A stretch of 42,751 bases of DNA from a bacterium (GTDB taxonomy: Bacteria > Bacteroidota > Bacteroidia > Bacteroidales > UBA932), in the NCBI GenBank assembly GCA_963615405.1, contig CAVEHG010000001.1, positions 1-42,751 on the forward strand, given 5' to 3'. This document shows positions 7,712-17,970 of this stretch, in pieces; the first letter of the stretch is position 1, and every line of letters starts with the position of its first letter. Made by a program: the position numbers and the translations under genes. The notes beneath the pieces are model-generated. The model saw only the letters and a list, made by a program, of their open reading frames with translations, searched no databases and had not been told where the DNA came from.

Positions 7712-9307
7712 ATGGCAAAAAATCCATTGAAACAGCTGGCGGGGGAGACCGCCGTCTATGGGCTGAGCACGATACTCGCCCGCATAATAAATTTCCTCTT
7801 TGTCCCGTTCTACACGAGGCTGCTCACCACGGCGAACTACGGTGTGGTGACCGAATTTATGGCCTACATCGCAGTGCTTCAGGTGATTCTCGTGATGGGA
7901 CTGGAGACCGGGTGCTTCCGCTTCGCCAACAGGGAGGGGGAGCAGCCGAACCGGGTCTATTCGAGCGCCCTCGCGATGGTGAGCGCGGTGAGCTTCGCGT
8001 TTCTGGCTTTGATGACAGTCTTTGCCGGGCCGCTTGCGCGTCTGCTCGGGTACGACGGTTACGGGAGCTGCATGATGTATATGGGCGGCATACTCGCGAT
8101 GGACAGCATCACGGCGATTCTTTTCGCGAAGCTCCGGCAGGAGCACCGTGCAGTGAAGTTCGCGGTGTTCAAGACTGTGAAGATTCTGGTGGAGACAGGA
8201 GCCAACATCCTTCTGTTCTTCCCGTTCGTGTCCTTCTGTTCCCGCCGGGCGGCAAGCCTGGGCGTTGATCCCTCGGCGCTGACCCCGTCTGATGTGTGGC
8301 TGCTGCATTTCATAAGCCCGACCCCCGATTTCAGCTATGTGATTTTCGCGATTTTCCTCAGCTGCATAGTCTGCGCCCTGCTTTTTATTCCGGATCTTCT
8401 GAGGTTGAACTTCGAATTTGACGGCCGTCTGCTCCGGCAGATGCTCGCATATTCCCTGCCTCTTATGGTCGCGGCTCTTCCGGGGATAGTCAACGATTTC
8501 ATCGACCGCATACTCTTCCGTTTCCTAGACACAAACGCCGGACAGTGGCAGTCGAGTCTCGGAGTGTTCCAGGCGGCCGTGAAACTCGCCGTCATTATGA
8601 ACCTCTTCATCCAGATGTTCCGTTTCGCGGCCGAACCCTTCTTTTTCCAGCGGGCGAAGGACAGGGGAAGCCGGGAACTCTATGCGAGGGTTATGGAACT
8701 GTTCACGGCGTTCTGCGGACTCGTATTCCTGGGAGTCATATATTATATAGACATAATTTCGCTTCTTCTCGGACGCGATTTCCGCGGAGGGGTGGGGGTT
8801 GTCCCGATAATGCTTCTCTCCTATATGATTCTGGGGATGCTTTTCAACGTGTCGATGTGGTACAAACTCTCGGGGAAGACGAATATGGCGATATGGATAA
8901 CTTCGGCGGGTCTTGTGGTGACGGTCATTGTCAATCTGGTCTTTATGCCGAAGTATTCCTATTGGGCGGCGGCCTTCGGACACCTCGCAAGCTATGTCAC
9001 GATGTTCATTCTCAGCGCCGTCCTGGGACAGAAGCACTGGCCGGTCCCATACCGCTGGGGACGGATCCTCGGCACGCTTGCCCTGATGCTTTTCTTTTAC
9101 GGGATTGCATCGCTGATTGACTTCCATCTTTTCTATTTCGCCGGCTGGGACACCGACCGTGACCTGCTCTGGTGGAAGCTCGGGGTCAACACGTTCTTCC
9201 TCCTGTGCTATCTTGTTTCGGTGTGGGCGCTTCTGCGCAAGGGAATACCGCAGAAAGAACTGCCTGCCGGGGAACTCTCTGCGGATGAACAGCCGGCAAG
9301 GGAATAG
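7712..9307 (+). CDS. Polysaccharide biosynthesis protein / Wzx-like (MOP superfamily) flippase
   Basis: MAKNPLKQLAGETAVYGLSTILARIINFLFVPFYTR N-terminus, many TM segments, LAYSLPL and FRFAAEPFFF. Start taken at 7712 (alternative 7688). Confidence 0.85.
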   Translation: MAKNPLKQLAGETAVYGLSTILARIINFLFVPFYTRLLTTANYGVVTEFMAYIAVLQVILVMGLETGCFRFANREGEQPNRVYSSALAMVSAVSFAFLALMTVFAGPLARLLGYDGYGSCMMYMGGILAMDSITAILFAKLRQEHRAVKFAVFKTVKILVETGANILLFFPFVSFCSRRAASLGVDPSALTPSDVWLLHFISPTPDFSYVIFAIFLSCIVCALLFIPDLLRLNFEFDGRLLRQMLAYSLPLMVAALPGIVNDFIDRILFRFLDTNAGQWQSSLGVFQAAVKLAVIMNLFIQMFRFAAEPFFFQRAKDRGSRELYARVMELFTAFCGLVFLGVIYYIDIISLLLGRDFRGGVGVVPIMLLSYMILGMLFNVSMWYKLSGKTNMAIWITSAGLVVTVIVNLVFMPKYSYWAAAFGHLASYVTMFILSAVLGQKHWPVPYRWGRILGTLALMLFFYGIASLIDFHLFYFAGWDTDRDLLWWKLGVNTFFLLCYLVSVWALLRKGIPQKELPAGELSADEQPARE

Positions 9308-9317
9308 CTGAGCCGGG

Positions 9318-10544
9318 CTACCAGAAGAAGCTGCTGCCGAATGCAAGCAGGATCGAGTGGTTCAGCGGAAGCATCAGGTTGTACTCGGCGTGGAGTTTCA
9401 CGCGGAAGTTGCAGCCGATTCGGATGCCGAACGAGCCGCCGCAGAGAAATTCTCCGTAACCCTTGCTGATTTCCGATTTCATCGCTTCCGGACAGCGTAA
9501 ACTGCGGTATCCGCCGCCGATTAGCGCTCCGCCTTCCGCGTAGAGGATTTTCGCGAACGGCCAGTTGAAGACGGCACCGGCGAGGTAGTCGTAGAAATTG
9601 CTTGTCAGACCGAGTTCGTGGGCGGAATACGAGTCGGTGTTCCGGTCACGCAACGAGTTGATTCCGAGACGGATGCGGGTGGAGACTCTCGGGTGGACAG
9701 GGATGTCGGCCTGAATGGCGGCGACTCCGCCGGAGAGTCTGCCGCGGGAGCCGATTCCGTAGCGGTGGCCGTAGAGATATTCGAGAGACCAGTAGCTGAG
9801 TGACTTGTCTTCGTCGAATTTGAGCGGGTCCCACGCGTCAGAGATGTTCTTCTTCTTGAATATCGCGTCATTGATGAGGTAGCCGAGCTCGACCGAGCCG
9901 ACCCCGATGACCGCTCCCGCGAGGATATCTGTACACCAGTGGCGGTGGTTCATAATTCTGGACGCTCCGGTGATCGAGGCGATGCTGTAGCCGGCGAAAC
10001 TGATCCACGGCGACCTCCATCCGTATTCTTTGTGGAGCATTGTGGCGCACATAAATGCCGTCGCCGTGTGTCCGGAGGGGAATGAGTTTTTTGTGCTCCC
10101 GTCAGGACGAAGCCTTTTGACACTGTACTTTATCCCGTTCACCGCCAGAGCCATAATCCCGGCTGAAAAGGCTTCTGCGCTCAGCCATTCCGCCCCCGCT
10201 TTGCTGCGTCCCTCCACTCCGCAGGCACGCATCACAATCAGGGCGGCGGCGGGGGAGAACTGTATGTAGTCGTCATAGCTGTAGCTGAATGACGGAATAT
10301 CGTTCAGTCTTATTGAGCGGATGTCATTGTCCCAGTCGATCTTCTGTGCGACGGCGTGATCCTTTGCCGGGGAGGATGTTTTGGTCGAAGAGTACACTGT
10401 TGAAGAGGACACCGCCTGACCGGAGGATTTCTGAACGAATGAATGCGCGGCCACCTGGGCGGACGCGGAAATCCCTCCGCCGGCAAACGGAAGAAGCCCC
10501 GAAAGAAGAATCAGAGCCGGGAATATGAACTTTTTTGCAATCAT
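9318..10544 (-). CDS. PAP2-family phosphatase with a signal peptide and a beta-strand-rich C-terminal domain
   Basis: C1 KYSVKRLRP, C2 SFPSGH and C3 SRIMNHRHWCTD. Start MIAKK at 10544, since the longer track ORF overlaps rodA out of frame. Confidence 0.85.
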   Translation of the reverse strand: MIAKKFIFPALILLSGLLPFAGGGISASAQVAAHSFVQKSSGQAVSSSTVYSSTKTSSPAKDHAVAQKIDWDNDIRSIRLNDIPSFSYSYDDYIQFSPAAALIVMRACGVEGRSKAGAEWLSAEAFSAGIMALAVNGIKYSVKRLRPDGSTKNSFPSGHTATAFMCATMLHKEYGWRSPWISFAGYSIASITGASRIMNHRHWCTDILAGAVIGVGSVELGYLINDAIFKKKNISDAWDPLKFDEDKSLSYWSLEYLYGHRYGIGSRGRLSGGVAAIQADIPVHPRVSTRIRLGINSLRDRNTDSYSAHELGLTSNFYDYLAGAVFNWPFAKILYAEGGALIGGGYRSLRCPEAMKSEISKGYGEFLCGGSFGIRIGCNFRVKLHAEYNLMLPLNHSILLAFGSSFFW

Positions 10545-10579
10545 CTGTAATACTCGTCCGGGCCAACCGTCTGAAACCG

Positions 10580-12052
10580 TCAGAAATATTTCCGTTCGTT
10601 TTTGTTCAATGCCAGGAAAATGAAGAACATCAGCGAGAAAGACAGCAGGGACGAGCCTCCGTAGCTTATGAACGGGAGCGGGATTCCTATGACCGGCATA
10701 AGCCCGATGGTCATTCCCACATTGATGAAAAGATGCATAAATATGCAGCCGGCGAAGCAATATCCGTAAATTCTCGTGAATCCCTCGCGGCTGTGCTCCG
10801 CATCGCTGACGATTCTCCATATCATCAGGGCGTAGAGGAGTATGACGGCCACCGAACCTATGAATCCCCATTCCTCTCCGACGGTGCAGAAGATGAAGTC
10901 GGTGCTTTGCTCAGGAACGAATCCGTAGGTCGTCTGCGTCCCCTGGAGATAGCCCTTGCCGGCGAATCCTCCGGAACCGATGGCAATCATCGACTGGTTC
11001 ACATTGTAGCCCACCCCGGACGGGTCGTCCTTCAGACCGAGCAGTACTTCGATACGGCCGCGCTGGTGGTTCTGGAGTATGTTGTTGAAAATGAAATCCA
11101 CGGAATAGGTGAAGGCGATTCCGACAGCGAGGGTCAGAATGGCGATGTAGGTGTAGAAATGCCTGTTGCGGAAGGCGGAGCGGAGAGCGAAGGGCAGAGC
11201 GACGAGTATGGTGAGGAACAGCAGATAGACCGGATGGATTTTCATAAAGAAAGAGTCCGGGTTGCCGATGGCCAGGGCAATCCTGTCGAAAATCGTCGGG
11301 ATGAACGCGAAAAGCAGCGTCACGGGAATGCCGACGGCCAGAAAAAGTTTGCCTTTCCCCACCTTGAGCGCGGTGTATGCAGTCACGACGAAAGTAAGAG
11401 CGAGTATCGCCATGTATGGGCTGGCGATGAGGGTGAGGATGAATATGAGTATGGCCATTCCCGCCGTCACGAGGAACCAGCCCGAAAGGCCTTCGCGGTA
11501 GAGGACGAAAATGAATCCGCAATAGACGAGCGCGGAACCGGTTTCTTTCTGTGCCACGATTATGGCCATCGGAACGAGGATGATTGCCGCCGTGAGGAGA
11601 AAATCCCGGGTCTTGTTTATCCTGTAATCCACCTGACTCATCAGGGTGGCGAGCATAAGCGAGGTTGTGGTCTTGGACAGCTCCGCCGGCTGGAAACTTA
11701 CAGGACCGAGCGAGAACCACGAATGGGAGCCATTTACGTTGTGGCTGAGGAAAATCACCGCCACAAGCAGCACCAGCATCACAAGGTAGAACGGCAGGGA
11801 GAATCCCTCATATATTCGCGGGGGGATCACGAACAGGATGAGCGTGCCGACACCGAGCGAAATCAGCAGCCAGATGACCTGTTTGCCGCTGCGCAGGGAC
11901 GGGTCGAAAATGTTGCCCCCGTCAATCTGGTGAACAGATGCGTAGATGTTGAGGACTCCGATGAGCACGAGCGCGAAATAGCAGCCCAGAAGCCACCAGT
12001 CGATGGTCTTCGCGAAGCTGCGCCTGTTTGTCCTTGCGTCGTACAGTCCCAT
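10580..12052 (-). CDS. rodA: Rod shape-determining SEDS protein RodA
   Basis: FQPAELSK, QSMIAIGSGG, PEQSTDFIF and GIPLPFISYGGSS. Follows mrdA. Confidence 0.95.
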   Translation of the reverse strand: MGLYDARTNRRSFAKTIDWWLLGCYFALVLIGVLNIYASVHQIDGGNIFDPSLRSGKQVIWLLISLGVGTLILFVIPPRIYEGFSLPFYLVMLVLLVAVIFLSHNVNGSHSWFSLGPVSFQPAELSKTTTSLMLATLMSQVDYRINKTRDFLLTAAIILVPMAIIVAQKETGSALVYCGFIFVLYREGLSGWFLVTAGMAILIFILTLIASPYMAILALTFVVTAYTALKVGKGKLFLAVGIPVTLLFAFIPTIFDRIALAIGNPDSFFMKIHPVYLLFLTILVALPFALRSAFRNRHFYTYIAILTLAVGIAFTYSVDFIFNNILQNHQRGRIEVLLGLKDDPSGVGYNVNQSMIAIGSGGFAGKGYLQGTQTTYGFVPEQSTDFIFCTVGEEWGFIGSVAVILLYALMIWRIVSDAEHSREGFTRIYGYCFAGCIFMHLFINVGMTIGLMPVIGIPLPFISYGGSSLLSFSLMFFIFLALNKNERKYF

Positions 12053-12067
12053 TTTTTCCGTTCCTTT

Positions 12068-13912
12068 CTACTTGTCTTTTTTTACTTTGTGCATCAGGTC
12101 TCCGGACAGCACTCTCTGTTCCAGAGGTTTGCGCGAGTCTGAAATCTCCCCGTTGAGATATTTTTCCACCAGAAGCGATGCTATCGGAGCCGCCCACGTC
12201 GCTCCGAATCCTCCGTTCTCCACATACGCCGCGACCGCAATTTTCGGGTTGTCCTTCGGCGCGAAGCATATGAACACCGAGTTGTCGTCTCCCCTCGGAT
12301 TCTGCGCCGTGCCAGTCTTTCCGCAGATTTCAAGTCCCGGAACAGCCGCCACGCTCGCCGTTCCTCCGGAGCCGTAGCCGCTGTTCACCGCGCGGTACAT
12401 TCCGTTGATGACCTTCGGGAAATGGACTGTGTCAACCTTGGTGTAGTGCCGCTCGCGGTATTTGTCGTCAATCCTGTGGTTTTCGGAGTCCCTGATTATG
12501 TGGGGGATGTAGTAATATCCCCGGTTCGCGACCGTGGCGCAGAGGTTCGCAAGGTGCAGAGGTGTGCAGCCGAGCTCTCCCTGTCCGATCGACAACGATA
12601 TGACCGTCAGGGACTTCCATCCACCTTTACGGTAGCGTTTGTCGTAGTATTTTGAATCCGGCACGAATCCTCCGAGTTCCGACGGAAAATCGCTGCCGAG
12701 CTTCTGCCCGAAGCCGAAACTTTTCACATATGAGTTCCACGCGTCCAGCCCTTCGGCGACTCCGGAGTATTTGTCGTTGTCGAGAATGTCCCTGAGTACA
12801 TAGCAGTAGTAGGCGTTGCAGGACATCATTATGGACTCCTCAAGGTTAATCGGGGATTTGTGCGAGTGGCAGCCGAGCTTGTTCCTTCCGAAATGATATC
12901 CCTGACTGCAGGGGTGCAGCGTGGACGGGACGACCACCCCTTCCTGCAGCCCAATCAGGGCGTTCACGAGTTTGAACACGGAACCGGGAGGGTAGGGGGC
13001 CTGCACCGCACGGTTGAACATCGGCTTGTAGGGATTGTTGAGAATCTCGGAGTAGTGGTTCCCGATGTCCGCGAGCATATCCACATCTATTCCCGGACTC
13101 GACACCATCGTGAGAATCTCTCCCGTCGAAGGCTCGATTGCCACAAGAGAGCCGACTTTGCGGTCCATCAGCATCTGCCCGTAGTGCTGCAGTTCGGCAT
13201 CGATGGTCGTGGTGATGTCGTTGCCCGGCACGGCTTCACGGTCCATCTCTCCGTCCCTGAAGCGTGTCTGGATGCGGTTGCTGGAGTTCCGGAGGTAGAT
13301 ATTGTAGCCCTTCTCCCCACGGAGCTCGTCCTCCATCGCCGCCTCTATTCCCGTCTTTCCTGCATAGTCGCCGCTGCGGTACTCGTCCGGATGTTTTTTG
13401 AGAAAGGCGGCATCGACTTCGGACACATATCCGAGCAGGTTTCCTCCGGCGTTGTACGGATAGTCCCTGACGCTTCGGGCCTGTCCCCTGAATCCGGGAA
13501 ATCTGTACTCGATCTCCGCGAACTTCATATATCTTTCCGGCGGCAGCTGCTTTAGAAAAGGAAGCGTCTGCCAGCCGATTCTTGTTCGGAACTTCCTGTA
13601 TTCGGCCATTTTCTCCCTCACGAAGGTGGTGTCGACTCCGAGCACATTGCAGAATTCCAGAGTGTCGAAAGCCGTGACCTCGCGCGGGGTGACGAGAAGG
13701 TCATAGACCACCCTGTTCCCGACGAGAATCCTGTCGTTGCGGTCGTGGATGATTCCCCGCGTGGGGTAGATCGTGGAATATACCATCGAATTGTTGGACG
13801 AGTCAATCTTGTAGCGGTCATCGACAATCTGGATGGTGAACAGCCGTACCACGAGGACAAGCACCGCCGCCCCCAGTCCTATCATCAGTTTGTTCTTTCT
13901 GTCCAGAATCAT
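12068..13912 (-). CDS. mrdA: Penicillin-binding protein 2
   Basis: RGIIHDRN, YPPGSVFK (SxxK), SCN and KTGT, within the mre operon. Confidence 0.93.
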   Translation of the reverse strand: MILDRKNKLMIGLGAAVLVLVVRLFTIQIVDDRYKIDSSNNSMVYSTIYPTRGIIHDRNDRILVGNRVVYDLLVTPREVTAFDTLEFCNVLGVDTTFVREKMAEYRKFRTRIGWQTLPFLKQLPPERYMKFAEIEYRFPGFRGQARSVRDYPYNAGGNLLGYVSEVDAAFLKKHPDEYRSGDYAGKTGIEAAMEDELRGEKGYNIYLRNSSNRIQTRFRDGEMDREAVPGNDITTTIDAELQHYGQMLMDRKVGSLVAIEPSTGEILTMVSSPGIDVDMLADIGNHYSEILNNPYKPMFNRAVQAPYPPGSVFKLVNALIGLQEGVVVPSTLHPCSQGYHFGRNKLGCHSHKSPINLEESIMMSCNAYYCYVLRDILDNDKYSGVAEGLDAWNSYVKSFGFGQKLGSDFPSELGGFVPDSKYYDKRYRKGGWKSLTVISLSIGQGELGCTPLHLANLCATVANRGYYYIPHIIRDSENHRIDDKYRERHYTKVDTVHFPKVINGMYRAVNSGYGSGGTASVAAVPGLEICGKTGTAQNPRGDDNSVFICFAPKDNPKIAVAAYVENGGFGATWAAPIASLLVEKYLNGEISDSRKPLEQRVLSGDLMHKVKKDK

Positions 13913-13931
13913 CGCCTAAGCAAAACCGCTT

Positions 13932-14453
13932 CTAGTTCCTAGTATTTCCGCTTGAGAATATGTGCGCTATGATTGCCGCCAGAGGGAAACTTGCCGCAAG
14001 CGAGCATCCGAACCGCGCCGCTGTGAATCCCGCCGTCCTTTCCCCGGCTCCGTCGAGGATCACATAGATGAGCAGGAAGATTGCCGTCGCCACGGTGATC
14101 AGCGCCAACATCCTCGGCCAGCCGCTTTTCGGAGCCGAAAGAGCCTCCGATCTCACGACTGCGTCCTCCCCGATGAAAAGCCGCACGAGAGGCTTCTGCA
14201 GAAGGGCTACAGGCACGAGCGCGGCCATATTGAGTCCAAGCACTCCGTCTGCAAGCCAGTCTATGACAAATCCGGCAGCGAAAGCAATCAGCATCGTGAT
14301 TTCTGTCCTTGTGTTGAGCGGGAGAAACATCACCAGAGCCGGCAGCAGGGTCACCGTCACCAGCGGGCCGAGGAAGATGCAGTCGCAGATGACAATCTGG
14401 CACACGACCAGAATGAGCCAGGTTGCTATGAATTTTGTTCCGGTCTTGACCAT
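13932..14453 (-). CDS. mreD: Rod shape-determining protein MreD
   Basis: Hydrophobic 173-aa protein with AFAAGFVIDW..LGLN, between mreC and mrdA. Confidence 0.8.
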   Translation of the reverse strand: MVKTGTKFIATWLILVVCQIVICDCIFLGPLVTVTLLPALVMFLPLNTRTEITMLIAFAAGFVIDWLADGVLGLNMAALVPVALLQKPLVRLFIGEDAVVRSEALSAPKSGWPRMLALITVATAIFLLIYVILDGAGERTAGFTAARFGCSLAASFPLAAIIAHIFSSGNTRN

Positions 14454-14454
14454 A

Positions 14455-15273
14455 TCACCTGCCCTCCTCTTCCAAAGTTTCCAATTCTTCCGAATCCGGA
14501 TTGCTCACAATCGTGACATTCTTGAGGCTGCTGAACTCCTCGAACAGCCTGACTTCAAGATTGAAGGTCGCCCCGTCCTTGAGATGGGAGCTCACTGTCA
14601 CTCCGAGCGGGATATCCCTCGGGAAAATGGCGGAAAATCCGCTTGTGTAGACCGTGTCCCCGATCCCGTTCACGAGGTGGTGCGGGATTTCTTCGAGCAC
14701 GGCACTCCGGAAGCCATCCCAACTCAGGGGACCCACCGGACCTTCCTTGCCGAGTCTTGCGCTGACGCTCATATTGTAGTTGCGGAAACTGATCCCGTAG
14801 CAGTAGTGCTCGCTCACCCTCTCGACGATTCCGACGACACCCTTTTCCGTAATGACTCCGGCTCCTTCGAGAATCCCGTCTGCAGATCCTTTGTCGAGGA
14901 TTATGTAGTTGTGCTGGCGGTTGTTGCTGAGTTTTACGATTTCGGAGGGTGTGAACCGGAACCTCCCGTTGGCACCGCGGATGTCTTCCCTGACGGGAAT
15001 CCCCGCGGCTGCGATGTTGTCTTCAAGACAGCGGAGGCGTGCGGCGAGCCGCGCATTTTCGGCGGCAAGGGAGTCGTTCCGGGATGACAGTTCGAAATAT
15101 CCCTTCACTTTCTCGCCGCCTCCCCAGAGTACAGCCATCAGGCTGTGTCCGGCGCCGCTGAGCCAGTTTCGCTGAAGTTCGTTGTTGTAATGCAGAACGG
15201 CAATCGCAGCCGACTCCAGAATGAGGAATACGGCTGCGGTCACTAATCCGGATATGGGGCTGCGCTTCCGCAT
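14455..15273 (-). CDS. mreC: Rod shape-determining protein MreC
   Basis: TM plus coiled coil (LAAENARL), ILDKGSADGI and GDTVYTSG..FP. Confidence 0.92.
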   Translation of the reverse strand: MRKRSPISGLVTAAVFLILESAAIAVLHYNNELQRNWLSGAGHSLMAVLWGGGEKVKGYFELSSRNDSLAAENARLAARLRCLEDNIAAAGIPVREDIRGANGRFRFTPSEIVKLSNNRQHNYIILDKGSADGILEGAGVITEKGVVGIVERVSEHYCYGISFRNYNMSVSARLGKEGPVGPLSWDGFRSAVLEEIPHHLVNGIGDTVYTSGFSAIFPRDIPLGVTVSSHLKDGATFNLEVRLFEEFSSLKNVTIVSNPDSEELETLEEEGR

Positions 15274-15277
15274 CTGC

Positions 15278-16300
15278 CTATCTCATCAGGAACGAGAAGT
15301 CGTCCGTGTGCTTGAGGGCGGTGCAGGTTCCGCGCGCCACTGCCCTGAGCGGGTCTTCGGCAACGTGGAACTGGATGTTCACCTTGTCTGTGAGACGTTT
15401 TGCGAGTCCCCTGAGCAACGCGCCGCCGCCTGAAAGATAGATTCCGCCCTCGACAATGTCGGAGTAGAGCTCCGGCGGGGTCTGTTCGAGAACGTGCAGC
15501 ACTCCTGACTCGATTCTCGCGACGGATTTGTCGAGGCAGGTCGCGATTTCCTGATAGGTCACGGTCGCCTCCACAGGGTGCGCCGTCATCAGGTTCGGTC
15601 CGTTCACCTTCATCGGCTCCGGTTCTTCCTCAAGCTTGGTGAGCACCGAGCCTACACGGATCTTGATCTGTTCCGCCGTTCCCTCGCCGACGCGTATGTT
15701 GTGCTGCTGGCGCATAAACTGCATAATGTCACCTGTGAGCACGTCCCCTGCGACCTTGATGCTGTCCTGCACCACGATGCCGCCGAGCGAAATCACTGCA
15801 ATCTCGGTGGTTCCTCCTCCGATGTCGACAATCATATTTCCCCGTGCGGCCTGCACGTCAAGACCGATTCCGACCGCCGCCGCCATAGGCTCGTAAATCA
15901 GGTAAAGGTCTCTGCCTCCGGCGTGTTCCGAAGAGTCGCGCACAGCCCTCTTCTCCACTTCGGTGCTTCCTGAAGGTATGCCGACCACCATCTTGATGTT
16001 AGGCTGGAAGAGCGACCTGCGTGTGCTGTTGATCTGTTTGATAAATCCCCTTATCATCATCTCGGCTGCGTCGAAGTCCGCGATGACTCCGTCTTTCAGC
16101 GGTCTGACTGTTTTGATTTTCGGGTTCTCCTTACCCTGCATCGTCTTTGCCTTCTGCCCGAGCGCAATGGGCTTACCGGTCACGATGTCGATTGCCACGA
16201 TGCTCGGTTCGTCCAGGACGATCTTGTCGTTCTGGAATATGACGGTGTTCGCCGTTCCGAGGTCAATCGCAAGTTCCTGCGTCAAAAATGAAAAAGCCAT
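15278..16300 (-). CDS. mreB: Rod shape-determining actin homolog MreB
   Basis: AIDLGTANT, RPLKDGVIADF, VDIGGGTTE and LSGGGALL. Confidence 0.97.
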   Translation of the reverse strand: MAFSFLTQELAIDLGTANTVIFQNDKIVLDEPSIVAIDIVTGKPIALGQKAKTMQGKENPKIKTVRPLKDGVIADFDAAEMMIRGFIKQINSTRRSLFQPNIKMVVGIPSGSTEVEKRAVRDSSEHAGGRDLYLIYEPMAAAVGIGLDVQAARGNMIVDIGGGTTEIAVISLGGIVVQDSIKVAGDVLTGDIMQFMRQQHNIRVGEGTAEQIKIRVGSVLTKLEEEPEPMKVNGPNLMTAHPVEATVTYQEIATCLDKSVARIESGVLHVLEQTPPELYSDIVEGGIYLSGGGALLRGLAKRLTDKVNIQFHVAEDPLRAVARGTCTALKHTDDFSFLMR

Positions 16301-16331
16301 ATCAATAGAAGCTGTTTTTAGATTCTGTTAC

Positions 16332-16412
16332 TAAATTCAGGTTTCGCACTCGCGAAACTTGAGTTACTTGAGTTTCGCGGGTATCCTGCAGTTTCGCGGG
16401 TGCGAAACCCGG
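16332..16412. repeat. Collapsed family-B element (two joined ends) plus degenerate copies, upstream of mreB
   Basis: The reverse complement of 16332-16366 is taactcaagtttcgcgagtgcgaaacctgaattta, versus taactcaagtttcgcaaatgcgaaacttga at 32735. Further gtttcgcgggt units follow. Confidence 0.7.
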
Positions 16413-16513
16413 GCTCAGCAGCGTCCCCCGTTCCCCAAGGATGCAAGAAGCCGGTACCGGCCTCTAAAAGTTTGTAAAATTAGGCAAAAAAACTCATATT
16501 TGCGAACATATTT

Positions 16514-17218
16514 ATGAACAAAAGAAAAAAATATCTCATCGTCGTCGCGGGGGGACGCGGACTCCGGATGGGGGAGGACTTGCCGAAGCAGTTTCTCGGT
16601 CTTGGGGGACGCTCCGTGCTTCACCGCACGATTGACCGTTTCGTCGCCGCCTGCCCGGACATACGTGTGGTCACCGTGATGAACGCCGACTATGTGGACT
16701 TCTGGAAGGAATACTGTATCGATTCCGGGATGGTTGTGCCGCAGACCATCGTGAAAGGCGGAATGACCCGTTTCCATTCGGTGAAGAACGCGCTCGCCAA
16801 AGTTCCCGACGGAGCGGTTGTCGCGGTTCACGACGGTGTGCGCCCCTTCGTTTCCGAGGCCCTGATCAGGGATATGTTTGACCGTGCGGAGAACGTTCCG
16901 GCGCTTGTTCCGGTCGTCCCCGTCGTGGACACCGTGCGGGCTCTTTCCAAAGGGAGGGATGCCGACGGGCGGGAGGTCCTCGAAAGTCTTGACATTGCTC
17001 TCGACCGCTCGCTTCTTTACTCCGTCCAGACCCCTCAGATTTTCCATTCCGAGGTTCTCAGAGCGGCATATTCCCAGCCCTATGATCCCGCCTTCACGGA
17101 CGATGCCTCGGCGGTCGGCCGCTGCGGCGTGAAACTCGCTTTCATTCAGGGCGAACGCCTCAATTTCAAGATCACCACAAAAGAAGATCTGACTCTTGCC
17201 AGGGCAATTCTGAAATGA
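16514..17218 (+). CDS. ispD: 2-C-methyl-D-erythritol 4-phosphate cytidylyltransferase
   Basis: VAGGRGLRMG..PKQF, VAVHDGVRPF, VQTPQIF, FTDDAS and NFKITT. Confidence 0.95.
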   Translation: MNKRKKYLIVVAGGRGLRMGEDLPKQFLGLGGRSVLHRTIDRFVAACPDIRVVTVMNADYVDFWKEYCIDSGMVVPQTIVKGGMTRFHSVKNALAKVPDGAVVAVHDGVRPFVSEALIRDMFDRAENVPALVPVVPVVDTVRALSKGRDADGREVLESLDIALDRSLLYSVQTPQIFHSEVLRAAYSQPYDPAFTDDASAVGRCGVKLAFIQGERLNFKITTKEDLTLARAILK

Positions 17219-17357
17219 GTGGCCTGTCTTGTTTCCGTTTGCGGCGGGTTTCCGTTTGCGGGCGGATCCTGTCTCCCGTTGTGCGTTATTGTAAGAAAAA
17301 ACGGGATTTAAATTAAAAATTCGTATATTAGCGGCCTGTTTTTGAAAATTCATAACG

Positions 17358-17849
17358 ATGATTAACTATCACATTGACGAAATAGACCAGAAAATCCTGT
17401 CATTTCTGATAAAGAACGCGAGAACTCCTTTTCTCGAAATCGCGCGCGAATGCAAAGTTTCCGGTGCAGCCATCCACCAGAGGGTGAAAAGGCTTGAGAA
17501 CAACGGAATAATCACTGGCTCGCGCGTACTGGTCAAGCCGCAGGCGATAGGGCTGAACATCTGCGCCTTCGTGAGCATCTCGATTTCCGAAGGAAACAAA
17601 TATCCGGAGGTGGTAGAGGCTCTTGAACACGTTCCGGAAGTTGTTGAATGTCATTTTGTTACGGGAAGGTATGCTCTTCTCGTGAAAATCTACTGCTTCG
17701 ATCACGACCACCTTATGCAGGTGCTCGTGAACACGATCCAGAAACTGCCGTATGTGCAGTCAACGGACACTATGATTTCGCTGGATCAGCCGATTGAGAG
17801 GCAGGTGTGGGTCAATGAGTATAAAAATACCAGCTTCCGAAAAAAGTGA
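17358..17849 (+). CDS. Lrp/AsnC family transcriptional regulator
   Basis: IDEIDQKIL..NARTPFLEIAR..VSGAAIHQRVKRLE HTH, plus EVVECHFVTGRY. Confidence 0.92.
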   Translation: MINYHIDEIDQKILSFLIKNARTPFLEIARECKVSGAAIHQRVKRLENNGIITGSRVLVKPQAIGLNICAFVSISISEGNKYPEVVEALEHVPEVVECHFVTGRYALLVKIYCFDHDHLMQVLVNTIQKLPYVQSTDTMISLDQPIERQVWVNEYKNTSFRKK

Positions 17850-17970
17850 GACTGCCTTAAAAGGCGAATTGCTGCGTTGTGCTCCTTGTCAAAATCCTCA
17901 CAACCATCAGGTTGCTGCGGTTTTGACGTCGTCGCGAGCCTTGCACTTCATCCTTTTAAGACAGTCTCAC
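17846..17970. repeat. ~125-bp structured intergenic repeat (family A, copy 2), followed by a truncated satellite at 17981-18001
   Basis: Terminal IR gtgagactgccttaaaagg / ccttttaagacagtctcac. The core gctgcgtt..aaaatcctcacaacc..ggttgctgcggtttt..gccttgc.cttcatc is shared with copy 1. Confidence 0.85.

Noticed and set aside
10545..10871. N-terminal extension of the PAP2 ORF (possible rodA frameshift fusion)
   Set aside because: It overlaps rodA out of frame, a signal peptide begins at 10544, and I saw no slippery site.
10535..12142. 535-aa plus-strand ORF
   Set aside because: Antisense to rodA with no family motifs. Long shadow ORFs are common with GC-rich codon usage, and the same applies to 14068-15087, 16415-17353, 19519-20451 and 36862-37959.
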